This document shows positions 52,701 to 64,000 of a stretch of DNA of 64,000 nt, piece by piece. Position 1 is the first letter of the stretch; each line of letters begins with the position of its first letter. The translations under genes and the position numbers were made by a program. The notes under the pieces are model-generated. The model made no database searches. It saw only the letters and a program-made list of their open reading frames with translations, and had not been told where the DNA came from. The stretch is from Callorhinchus milii (Eukaryota), in NCBI RefSeq assembly GCF_018977255.1, contig NW_024704742.1, positions 132,930,001-132,994,000 of the forward strand. Direction: 5' to 3'.

Positions 52701-54216
52701 CAACACTAATTCCTGCATTTGGTACAGTGCCTTCCACGTTGGGAGGATGTCTCAAAGCACTTCACAGGATATACTGAAACGTGTAGTGACTGTGTGTTTT
52801 GTAGGCAAAGACAAAGGGGCATGAAACTTATTCAGACCTTTCTATATTCAATATCTATATTCAAACCAGAAACTAGGGCCCAAGGGCAAACGACAACAAC
52901 AACATGAATTTATACAGCGCCCTTCACACAGGGTAGAGTCTCAGAATGCTGACAACAGTGCAACAGAGCTCATGTTTGCAGACGTTTGCAAGACTTTGTT
53001 TCTTGTTTGTTTTAGTGAGAATGCCAGTCAGCGGATTCTTAACGTGTGGACTCAGCTGAACTATTCCATGGCTTTGGGGTTCACTCAGTGCTGGGCGTGT
53101 GCAGGCGACACTGCGTTTGTGTGAAAGCCGACGGATAAATACTTCAGCATAGAACAAAAATGTAATCCTTGCATTTGATACGGCACCTTTCAAGCCCTCT
53201 GAGACGTTACCCAACGTGAAGGGCGCTGTATAAAATCAAGTCATTGCTGTTGTTTCACATCAGGAGGACGTCTCGAAACACTTCACAGAATTTTCCTGTG
53301 AAGTGTAGTTAGTGACTGTGTACTTTGCAGGTGAACTGGCACCAATTTGTGCACAGCAATATTCCTCCCTTGCTGTGTTCAAAACGCTTCTCAAAACCTC
53401 TTTGATCAGCTCTTTGTTTACCTCCCTCGCGATTAAAAATCCTGTGGTGTTGCTCAAGTGTTTCTCACCGTTCTCTGTGCCAATAACCCTCCGGGTGAAG
53501 TTGGAGGCTGACTTCACAGATGTTTGTGCGAACAAACAATCATCATGTTTACTTGAAACCAATGTTGCTCCTCTTTAGGGCGTTTACCTATGAAGCAGTT
53601 ACTGAAAGTCTTTTTATAATAAAAGCATTTCAAGCGTGTATCTGCTGCTAACTGGAACACCCTGATCTTCACAGGCACCATTTACAAGGGGGCTCCCTTG
53701 TTGCCGATCTCAAACAGGCACCATTTATAACTCCGTCACCAACAAAGCTGTATTGAAAACCCGAGCAGATTTGGTAAACCGCATGACCGGCGTCAAATCG
53801 TTTCTGCTCACCCTGATCCTGAAGTCACTCCAAGCTGGACATTTTGCCCCTCTGCCTTTTAATAATGGTCCTTTTCTCTTTGATAAAGTGTCTTATCACG
53901 TTGAATCATCTCAAAGAGCTTTTGCAGAGTTTTTTTTCTGTTCAGTACAGTGACGGTGTTCTTAGAGACGAATGCAGCAATCGATGTGCACGCAACAATG
54001 TCCCACAAACAGTCAAGAAGTGAGAGACCAATTTTATCAGGGGGATCGTCGGCCAGGATACTGGGAGAAACTTTCTTCTCATTTCGAGTAGTGCCAAGGG
54101 ATTCTTCAATGAACACCTGAGCACAGGCAGACTCAACCTCGGTTAATATCTCAATCATGGGATGACACCTGCGATGATGCAACCCTGTCCCTGCAACAAC
54201 AAGAAGAACAGGTTGT

Positions 54217-54598
54217 GGAGTCCTATCGCGTATTGCTTAGAGCACTCGCCTCACACGTGAGAGGAAACGGGTTCGATTCCCGGGGGTGGGGCAAAATCTT
54301 AGGCAAGTTTCCTTACTCCATACCTCTGTTTACCTAGCTGTAAGTAGGAACCCGGTTGTTAGTCAATTGGCGGATTGCTTTCCGGGGTAATAATCCCTTC
54401 AAAAATAAATAAATAACTAAATGATTCAGTCACTCAATCCATGACTGTTTGTGGGGCACTGCTGTATGCAATTGGCTGCCGCATTTCAGCCACAAAATAA
54501 ACAGTCAATTCAGTTTACAATATATTCTGTGAAGCGCTTTGAGGCATCTCAACATCATGATGAGGAGCCATATCAAACCAAAGATTATTATTGTTATT
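54217..54598 (+). mobile_element. Full-length family B SINE
   Basis: GGAGTCCTATCGCG...GGGTTCGATTCCC...GATTATTATTGTTATT. Confidence 0.88.
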
Positions 54599-55739
54599 AA
54601 AATGCATTTTTATAGCAACTATCCATAAAGAATAGTGTCTCGGACCATCACAGAATGGTGTGGTTGGATCCAGAGCAAAGGAGAGGAGGGAGGAGGGCTG
54701 ACCATAGACACAGATGAAGTGTAAAGACTTAAAGTGGAATTTATACATAGGTTAAGAAGAAACAACAATTTACAATAACAACTTGGATTTATATAGTGCC
54801 CTCCACACCGGACGGCGTCTCAGAAAGGGTGAGGTGGATTGAAACAGGGAGTGCCTGTCTAGACCGTCAGTTGAAGGTGTGGAGCTCTAGCACTAGGGAG
54901 TAGCTATATAATAACAACTTGCATTTATAAGGCGATTTTTACACATGGTACCATCTCAGAGTGCTTAGCAGTGACAACAACAACGTGGATTTATATAGCT
55001 CCCTCCTCGCCGGACGGCATCTCAGAGCGCTTTACAGTAACAGATCCCGGGACTGAGCGAGGGGGAGGAAGGTGACCAAAGGTGCGGTTGAAAAGAAAGA
55101 TCTAAAGCAAAGACTTGAAAATGGGAAGGGAGGGAGCGAGGCAAAGGGAGTGAGGAAGGCAGTTCCAGAGCCTTGGGGCATAGTGGCTGAAGGACAGCTC
55201 AATGCCAAGCCGGAGGAAGGGAGGAGGTGGCCATAGGCACAGTCAAAGAGGAAGGTCTTGAAGTGTGATCTGAAAATAGTCAAGGAGGGAGCAAGGCGGA
55301 GGAATTGAGGGAGAGATTTCCAGAGTTTCGGGGTGTAGGTGGCTGAAAGAATAGCCACAGCTGAACTCAGGATTTGCACCAAACGCCCTCAAAACAACAT
55401 CTTCCTGTGTTCTGGACTTGAAGCCTGATAATATTTTTGAGAGCAAATATGAAAACTGCTTCTCTTTGTAAGCTGCGGTCTTGCCTCTCTCCTTTCCTCG
55501 CCAAATTTATACTTATTCCATCCATGTTTCAAAAACATTCCCAGCTCAGCCTTGAAAGGAATGCAAGGAATCAATTTTCATGTGTACATTTTTGTAAGAA
55601 AAATATCAGAATTTAAAGTAGAAAATTCTGGTGTTCACTAATTCCCAGTTCATCTCGTAGCTAAAACTGTGTTTTCACAAGTGGTGGGGATGCCTTGACT
55701 CGGTTGATCCTATCTCTTTGACTCTGGCTATAATGATAC

Positions 55740-56105
55740 AATAATCCTTTCATTAAATACAGTGCCTTAACACGACGTTGAGATGTCTCAAAGCACTTCA
55801 CAGAATATATTGTAAAGTGAATTGACTGTGTACTTTCTGGGTGAAATGTGACAGCCAATTGCACACAACAATGTTCCACACACAAACAGTCGTCGTTTGA
55901 GTGACCAAATGATTTAATTATTTTTGAAGGGATTATTACCCCCGAGAAAGTGATTGACCGATCAACTAACAACCGGGTTCCTATGTACTGCTAGGTAAAC
56001 AGGGGTCTGTGGAGTAAGGAAACTTGCCTAAGGATTCACTCCACTTGATAATTGAACCCGGGTCCTCTCACTTGCGAGGTGACTGCTCTGACCAATACGC
56101 TAATG
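55740..56105 (-). mobile_element. Full-length family B SINE
   Basis: Reverse complement of the consensus. Confidence 0.85.
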
Positions 56106-56412
56106 ACTTCATTGGGTGCATTATGAGACAGGGTGTGATATCAGGGCAGTGGGGGTCGGGGAGAGAAAGTGGGAAAGGGAGAAGTTTAACAATCAGCAAA
56201 GATACAGATGAAATATCTTATTCAAAGGGCGACAGACCTGAGGAATAGACAGGGAAAGGTGTTGACATAAATGATATCAAAGGGTTCCAGAAGCAAGAAA
56301 GCATGAGAATCTGCAGTGGTTGGTAAAGGGATGTGTGCTTTCAATGGGATATTTCAGACCAGGGTGTAATATCACCTTCCGATCTGTAGGCTTGGTGCTG
56401 TACAGGTACAGG

Positions 56413-56770
56413 TGGAGTCCTGTAGCATAGAGGTTAGAGCACTAGCTTCACAAGTGAGAGGACCCAGATTTGAAAACTTAGGCAAGTTTCCTTACTCCAC
56501 GCGCCTCTGTTTACCTAGCAGTAGGAACCCAGTTGTTAGTTGATTGGGTAGATCGCGTTTCTGGGGGTAATAATCCCTTCAAAAAAAAATAATAATAACA
56601 ATTTGTTTACTCAATCCATGACTGTTTGTGGGACACTGCTGTGCGCAATTGGCTGCCTCGTTTCGCCCACAAAATACAGTCAATTCACTTTACAGTATAT
56701 TGTGTGAAGCGCTTTGAGATGTCTAGAAGACATGATAAGGCGCTATATCAAATGTAAAGATTATTATTAT
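56413..56770 (+). mobile_element. Family B SINE
   Basis: GGAGTCCTGTAGCATAGAGGTTAGAGCAC head with a B-box region deletion, plus the full body and tail. Confidence 0.88.
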
Positions 56771-58332
56771 AGGTACAGCGTCTCTACCAATTGGTTAATG
56801 GATGGGACTTAATGATCTTTTCATCTAAAAAGACGTTTCAGATGTTTATCTTGACAAGAGAATGAGATCAACGTTTGCGGTATTCCTCAACACATTCCTT
56901 ACCTTAATTAAACCTGACCTGGAACCTTTAAACTAATCTGTTTTGACACTCAAATGCACACTGGGTGTGCATTGCATTATTGGAGGTCTCGTTCTTTGGA
57001 TGAGATGTTAAACTGAGACCCATCTACATGTTCAAAAGGACTGTTTCTTTTTACCCTGGCAAACAATTCCCTTCTCCCCCACCCCGCACCCCTGATTAAA
57101 ATGTTAATTTGCTTCATGGCTGTTTGAGGACGTTGCTGTGCTCAAATTGGCTGTTGGGTTCACTACAAAATTCGCAATCGCTTCACTTTACAGTAAAATG
57201 CTCTCAAGCGTTTTGAAACGCATTGACGTGAAAGGCTACATATTAAATGCAGAGAACGTTATTGATGAATAATTTAACAAGGTAAAAATCAAGTCTTAAG
57301 TTTCCATCCCTTTTAGATCCAAGAGTTTATTTTGTCTCCATTTTGTCCAGTGCTCTACATATTTATTGAAAATAAACTTGTGGTCCACCTGGAATTGAAA
57401 TAAAACATACTTTTAGTTATTAATTCCCCCATCAAATGCTCTCTGTTCTGCCAAAGTACATATTTTATCATATTCACAAGCAAAATGCTGAATTTCCTCT
57501 CAAGCACTGTTTTTACAGCAAGTTTTCTGATGATAGTCCAGTAAAATATTTTAATATTGCTTATTTCTTTGCAGTTAGAATATCTGTTAATCATTTCAGG
57601 AATTTTCTACTAGGGACAAAAAACATTAGCTTTTTTCTTGAGGCATTTCTTATTTTTTGGACAATAATTGCTCGCCCACCCCCCCCCCACCCACCACCAA
57701 CATCTTGTCCCATTACTTCTTTCTCTCTCCTCTGCATCCGGGTAGATTTCGCCCACAAAATATACAGTCAATTCACTTTACAGTATATTCTGTGAAGCGC
57801 TTTGAGACATCTCGAAGATTGATAAGGTGCTATATCAAATGCAAGAATTATTATTATTATTTCAAAGATTCCATGACTCTGTTCAGATAGAGAATGGACT
57901 TTCTTCCATTGTCCTGGTCAACGATCCCTTCCGATATATTGTCAGCCTGGCTCACTGAGCCACTGTGCAGCCTTGCTTTGCGGTAGCTCACCTCTACCAC
58001 CTCTCACCTCTGAGACAGAAGGTTGTGGGTTCAATTCCCACATAAGGATTTTGAATCACCTACTGTAGTCTAAGCTGACACTCCAATGCTGTACTAGGGT
58101 GCGTTGCAATGTCAGAGGTGGCGTCCTTCGGATGAGATGTTAAAAAAAGACTGTCTGCCTGTTCGGGTGGATGTTAAACGTCCCGTGGGACTATTCAAAA
58201 AGAGAAGGGAATTTTTCCCAGTGTCCTGGCCAACAATCCCCCAAATAAAATTGGTCACTCACTTCATGGCTGTTTGTGGGACATTGTTGTGGGCAAAACT
58301 AGCTGAAGCATTTCGCCCACAAGATAGACAGT

Positions 58333-58645
58333 CATAGAATTATACAGCACAGAAGGAGGCCATTCAGCCCATTGTGTCTGTGCCGGTTCTTTGAAATGAA
58401 CTATCCAAATCAATCCCACTCCCCCGCGCTCCCCCCATAGCCCTGCAAACTTGTCCTCTCCAAATAATTATCTGCTTCTCTCTTAAAATTTGATATCGAA
58501 TCAGCTTCCACCGCCCTTTCAGGCAATGAATTCTAGATCCGAACAACTCACTGTGTAAAAATATTTCTCCTCACCTCCCCTCTGTTTCTTTTAACAACTA
58601 TTTTAAATCGGTGCCCAACCCTCCCACCAGTGGAAGTAGTTTCTC
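58333..58645 (-). mobile_element. CR1 LINE 3' end
   Basis: Similar to 18926-19210, ending in ACAATGGGCTGAATGGCCTCCTTCTGTGCTGTATAATTCTATG. Confidence 0.85.
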
Positions 58646-61524
58646 AGTCAATCCAATTTACAATATATCCTGTGAAGCCCACAAAATATACAGTAACTTC
58701 CCCTCATACCAAAGCCCTGTGAAGCGCTTTGAGAGATCTTCCCAATCCAAGGCAATATACCAAATGCTAGAATTATTATTAATAATAATAAGTGGGGTAA
58801 AATAAATACACAGATCAATTCCTATTTGCAACAAACAGTTAATGCAGGAAGCTACAGCTGTGTTATCGGCAAGCAATCTTCTCTGTAGGGACTTCAATTA
58901 ATATGGACGGTATGTGTGACTGCAGTACTCGGCAGCCCTTTGCCATAACTTGCCCAGCCCTCGTGTTGGTTGACACACAGTAACTAGTCCTTTATTGATC
59001 CTGATTAGGTTATCTAAGGTACGATTCACTCAGAGAGTTTCCTTATCCTTTCATCTCACTCCAAGTGTTGCCCATCCCTTACCCCTCGCTTCCTCCTCTC
59101 CCCCCCACCCACCCCATCCTTCCCACACTCCCCACCTCAGACAAACAGCCCGACAAAGACCTACAGAGACGGCAAGGCAGCCTAGCACCTCTGCCTGATG
59201 TATTTTTGGTAAATAGGCATATTCAACACTCTGACAGTCTGTCCCCTCGAGGAAGCTTTTTGTCTTGTTTTGTTTGCAGAGACATAGTCGTCCCTCCTTC
59301 AGTGCTCTCCCAAAACTCCCGGCTTCCCCTTCGGGGGGTGAAGTTTGAGGAATGCCAATCATCCATTAATTCCTTTCATTTCAAAATAATCTCACCTATC
59401 AACACTCTGACCTACATAGGCTGCACAAAGCACAGAGACAGTCTCCTCTCCTTAACCCAAAGGCTTTAATGCCGGTTTAGCAAATCTTGGCATTATGTAT
59501 TCAACGAACAAATTGTTACTGCTGTATTGATTCGCTGAGCAGTGATATTTGCTTAGTTAATTGTCTGCCCTCCTTCCACCAAATGCTTCGGAAACACTTA
59601 TCGACTGCAGTTCAAAGATTTATTCAGCGGCAACTGTTTCAATGAATAATCCTTGCATTTGACATTATGCCCATAACACTGAAAGCCTCAAAAGAGCTTT
59701 ACAGTAATTATTGTCAAGTGTAGTGACTGTGACTGGAAACCAGGCAACCCCAGCCAGTTTGGACGCAGAAAGATCCTATAATAATACTGTATAACAATCT
59801 TTGCATTTGATGTATCACCTTATCACGTCTCATCTCAAGTTTGGCACCTCCGACAACACAACAAACCCCCAGCACTGCACTGGAGCATCAGTTTAGACTA
59901 TGCAATCCACAAGCTTCTGACTCAGAGGCGATAGTGCTACCACTGAGCCAAGCTGACACTGAGCCAAATTATCTGAGGGATTGTTGGCCAGGACACCGGG
60001 AGAAACTCCCTTTTCTTTTCAAACAGTGCAGTGGGATCTTGTAGCACTCTCATCTCTGAGTTAGAAGTTATGGATACAGGCTCCACGCTGAGACTTTGAG
60101 CTCATAGTCTAGGCGATCATTAAAATATGGTACTGGGGGAGTGCTGCATTATCAGAGGTGCCGTCTTTTGTTGACACGTTAAACTGAGGTCCCGGCCACT
60201 TGTTCACGGAATCGTTAACGATTCACTATTCGAAAAGAGAAGGGACTAAATAAAATTGGTTGTTCACTTCATGACTGTTTGAGGGTTTCTTCATGATTTC
60301 TGTGTACAAATTGGCAGCTGTGTTCACCCACAAAACATCCAGTCATTACACTTAAAATCCTGTGAAATTGTGTGAAGCCCTATTGTTAATGTTTATGTTG
60401 TATTTTTATATTGTCCTGTAAATTTAGAGCTGATCTGGAAAAACACAAGACTACAGTACCTACCAGAGACACAAATAGGACTTGACTATGTGTGTGTGTT
60501 TATGCTTTTAGGGTGTTTCTCCACTATAAATTTGGTTCATTACGTGGATCTAGTTGAAAAAACTTTTTGCAGTGAAAGCTATTTTGTTAATAGGAGTGAG
60601 TGTGGTGGATAAAAGCGGAAAATACTTAATTTTAATTCACACCAGAACTGGGTAACTGCTGTGTGGGAATGTTATTTTCAACAAATTCTGTTTGCCAGGG
60701 CTGCTGTCAGCAATGTTTGGTGGAAACGTATTTAGAACGAAAGGAAGAAAGAGAGAAAGACAGACACAGAGAGAAAGACACAGAGAAAGAAACAGACTGG
60801 TATTTTGGTATTTTTATAGCATCTTACGTCGAAGTACCTTAAAATACTTTGTAATAATTATTGTCAACTGCAATTATTGTATTGACTGGATTTATTTATG
60901 GGCAAAATGTAACAGCTGTTTTTTGCCTCAGCCAAATCTCACAAACAGGTGAATGAGGTGAATGACCTGTGAATGGAGAGAAGGAGGGAGTGAGAGTGGG
61001 GGGGAGGGGGGGGGTCGTGGTGATTGGGGAGAGCTCCAGTTCTGCTCAGTGCCCCATCTTAGAGAGTGGGGGTGGGTGAAATATGCCAGAATTCACACTA
61101 GGTAAGGCTTTGCCAACCCACTCTGCCACAAGTCGTTGCTAAAGATGACACACACAAGAAGAAACGTAAAAGACAAAAACGGCTAAAATAAAAGAGAAAT
61201 ACGGCGGCGACAATGTGAACAATGTAACTTGTGATTTGATAATCATCATCGGTGACCATTAGCAGAAAATTGCAGTCAAACCAATCGATAAGTATTTATG
61301 AGTGTGACCACTCCAGTGGAATGGTTCAGCTCTTCGTGTCTGCCACTGTCGATGCCATCCATAGAGCACTAAGTGTTCTGAAGCTCTGAAATTGCTCCTC
61401 TTCACACTCAAGCACCTCTTTACCTCTCTGATCTGCTCTTACCCCCACTCCTCAGCCCAATCCTCACACCTTCGTTCAGTTAACACACCAGCCTGCTGCG
61501 CATCTCCTAACTCCTCTGCACCAC

Positions 61525-62128
61525 CATTGTACTGGGACAGGGCGAAATGTTGGGCAAGTTTCATTAATCCACACACCTCTGTTTACCGAGCAGTAAGTAG
61601 GAACCCGGTTATTAGTCAATTGGTGTATCACTTTCTGGGGGGAACAATCCCTCCAAAGCAAACAAATGGAGTCCTGTAGCTCAGTGGTTAGAGCACTTGC
61701 CTCTCAAGCGAGAGACCTGGGTTCGATTCCTGGGCAGAACGAAATGTTGGGCAAGTTTCCTTACTCCACACACCTGATAATAATCTCTCAAGAGAAAAAA
61801 CAATAATAAAATTGGTCACTTAAATCCACGACTGTTTCTGGGACAATGCTGTGCGCAATTAGCTGCCTCATTTCGCCCACAAATATACAGTCACTTTCAG
61901 AATATTCTGTGAAGCGCTTTGAGACATCCAGAAGACGTGTAAGGTTTATTATTATTAAAATAAGACAAAAAAATGGTTAATCAATCCACAGCTGTTTGTG
62001 GGACACTGCTGTGCTGCGTTTCATCCACAAAATACATACTAACTCCACTCTACAGTATATTCTGAGAAGCGCTTTGAGAATTCTCAATGACGTGATAAGA
62101 CGCTATATCAAATGCAAGGATTATTATA
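61525..62128 (+). mobile_element. Head-to-tail cluster of three family B SINE pieces (partial, full 61668-61956, 3' half)
   Basis: GGGCAAGTTTC occurs at about 61551 and 61749. The tail section is repeated at 61975-62128. Confidence 0.85.
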
Positions 62129-62386
62129 CAATGCTCTGAGGCATTTTCCCACATAAGCGGGCTGTGTTAATGTAAGTTTATTTTGTTGTGTGAACTATTT
62201 AACCATTTCTGTAATCGAAAGGGAATAAATTCTGTTTTGGATGTGGTTGAATCTTGTAAAATTTTGAAAAACTGGGGACTTTGCTTTTGTGCAGTACATT
62301 AAAAAGTACCGTTTAATATTTACGAATCTGATTTTTATAAGACAAACACGATGGATCACAGCCAACAAAAGAAATGTAGGTTATAG

Positions 62387-62760
62387 GTGTCAGCCTGGTT
62401 TAGTTGGTAGCGCTCTTGCCTCTGGGCCAGAAGATCGTGGGTTCAAGCCCCACGTCGAGATTTTGATATAGTCTCGGCTGTCACTCCATTGAGGTGCTGG
62501 GGTTAGCATTTCATTGTCAGAGGAGCTGTCTTTCAGATGAGGTGTTGAACTGAGACCCCGTCTGCCTGTTCAGGTGGACATTAAAGATGCCATGGCACCA
62601 TTCAAAAAGAAACGAGTTTCTCTCAGTGTCCTTTTGTCCCCCAGATAAAATTGGTCATTCACTCCATGGCTGGTTTGCGAAATATTGCTGTGTGTGAATT
62701 AGTTGCCACATTAAACTACAGAATAGGCTACACCGCAGTTTACAGTAAATCCTGCAAAGT
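62387..62760 (+). mobile_element. Near full-length Deu-domain SINE with tRNA head
   Basis: GTGTCAGCCTGGTTTAGTTGGTAGCGC (A box)...GGGTTCAAGCCCC (B box)...TTTCAGATGAGGTGTTGAACTGAGACCCCGTCTGCCTGTTCAGGTGGACATTAAAGATGCCATGGCAC. Confidence 0.85.
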
Positions 62761-62764
62761 GATT

Positions 62765-62945
62765 TATAGGAAAATAGGAATTAGGAGCAGGAGTAGACTA
62801 TTTGGCCCCTCGAGCTGCTCCCGCCATTCATTAAGATCATGGCTGATCTTCTAACCTAACTCCATCTGCCCGCCCTATCCCCATATCCCTTAATCCCTCT
62901 ATCCTTTAGAAATCTATCAATCTCAGTCTTGAATATGTTCAATAT
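62765..62945 (-). mobile_element. CR1 LINE 3'UTR fragment
   Basis: AGGAGCAGGAGTAGACTATTTGGCCCCTCGAGC...GATCATGGCTGATC...CCCCATATCCCTTAATCCC, the reverse of a CR1-type 3' end. Confidence 0.7.
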
Positions 62946-63352
62946 GTTGAATATGTCCACTGCACCAAGACTTCCCTACTGTTGTATTCGAACCCTTTTG
63001 CAATAAACGCTAATTTGAGACGTTTCATCCACATACTAAAGTGCTGTAATAAAATGCAGGGATTATTATTCTTATAAGTGCTGTGTGACTGGATAGTATG
63101 AGTTTTTCCAGCTGATGTAACGTGATCCCTTTGTAAAAAAAAACCTCCTAATTGTGAGGGAATTATCATAAATTCATGACATCTTGCCAATTAATTGTTT
63201 AAAAACTGGAAGATTTGGTATGTTAATGATTAAGATTTATTTTGCTGCGTGGCTTGTTAGCAGAGAGACAGGACACAGCGTTGTCTGACAGTGAAACTGA
63301 TATCCCGAATTTCTCACGGTGTTTGCTTTAAGACGGTTGTCTTAACACTATA

Positions 63353-63727
63353 GGTATCAGCCTGACTCAATTGGTGGCACACTCTCCTCAGCATCAAGAG
63401 CAGTGTGACTGACCTTCAAATACAGAGTTTGAAGACAGCTGCATTGTCGGAGGTGCCATCCTTCGGATGAGATATTAAAGCCAAGTTACCATTTGCCTGT
63501 TCAGATGGATGTTAAAAATCCCAAGGCACTATGCATAAAAAAAGGGAGTTTCTTCCAGTGTCCTCGATAAAAATGGTCATTCACTTCATGGTTCTTTTGT
63601 GGGGCATTTTCTATGCGCAAATTGCCTCCAAACCACACAGTGACTACACTTCAGAGGAACGTGAAGCTCTTTGAGACCTTTCGGATTGGGATACAGCGCT
63701 GTCTCAAATACAAGCATCATTATTATT
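63353..63727 (+). mobile_element. Deu-domain SINE (diverged)
   Basis: GCATTGTCGGAGGTGCCATCCTTCGGATGAGATATTAAAG closely follows the Deu-domain consensus. Confidence 0.8.
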
Positions 63728-63738
63728 CAGACATTGTA

Positions 63739-63866
63739 GAATTTTGGAAGGTTCTTAAATTCGGTCTGAATTTAGAAGCCAGCTTCTGTGGGGGTCATTT
63801 TAAGAACCGTGGGCACTCGTCTTCCGAATTTAGCCTGAAGTTAAGAATTTTCCAGAATTCTTCCCC
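63739..63866. mobile_element. Degenerate MITE / inverted repeat
   Basis: 40-bp arms at 63739-63778 and 63821-63860 are complementary at 31/40 positions. The right end reads TTCCCC followed by TTAA. Confidence 0.55.
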
Positions 63867-64000
63867 TTAAGATTATTGTTGCAGATGCGGAGGGTAAGAC
63901 CATGACGAATTTCAAATCCCGGTCCTCAGCACCTTCAATTGCGAGCAGGAGCCTTGCGTAATCACAGAAGAATATCTCAAGTGGCTGCTGTTAGGGATCA

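Overview
Repeat-dense, intron-containing vertebrate DNA, most likely a cartilaginous fish and possibly a holocephalan such as the elephant shark. That assignment is inferred from the repeat content only. The only host protein-coding sequence I can support is the 3' end of GALT (galactose-1-phosphate uridylyltransferase) on the + strand. It has four exons (2814-2946, 3788-3871, 4647-4801, 5713-5781) matching human exons 8-11, followed by a likely polyA signal. The remaining ~58 kb has no recognisable host CDS. It is filled with two tRNA-headed SINE families that share one 3' half (a Deu-domain SINE and a CORE-like SINE), L2 and CR1 LINE fragments, a Penelope-like fragment, an unclassified dispersed repeat, MITEs and microsatellites. 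The most notable details are an intact-looking minimal hammerhead ribozyme in the Penelope terminal repeat (24902-24938, -), a probable non-autonomous Helitron (37536-38240, -), the modular SINE/L2 system sharing a 3' stem-loop, and a 33-bp-arm hairpin at 26968-27048. I see no evidence of a wholly new protein-coding system. Repeat boundaries were read by eye and are approximate, and only representative copies are listed.
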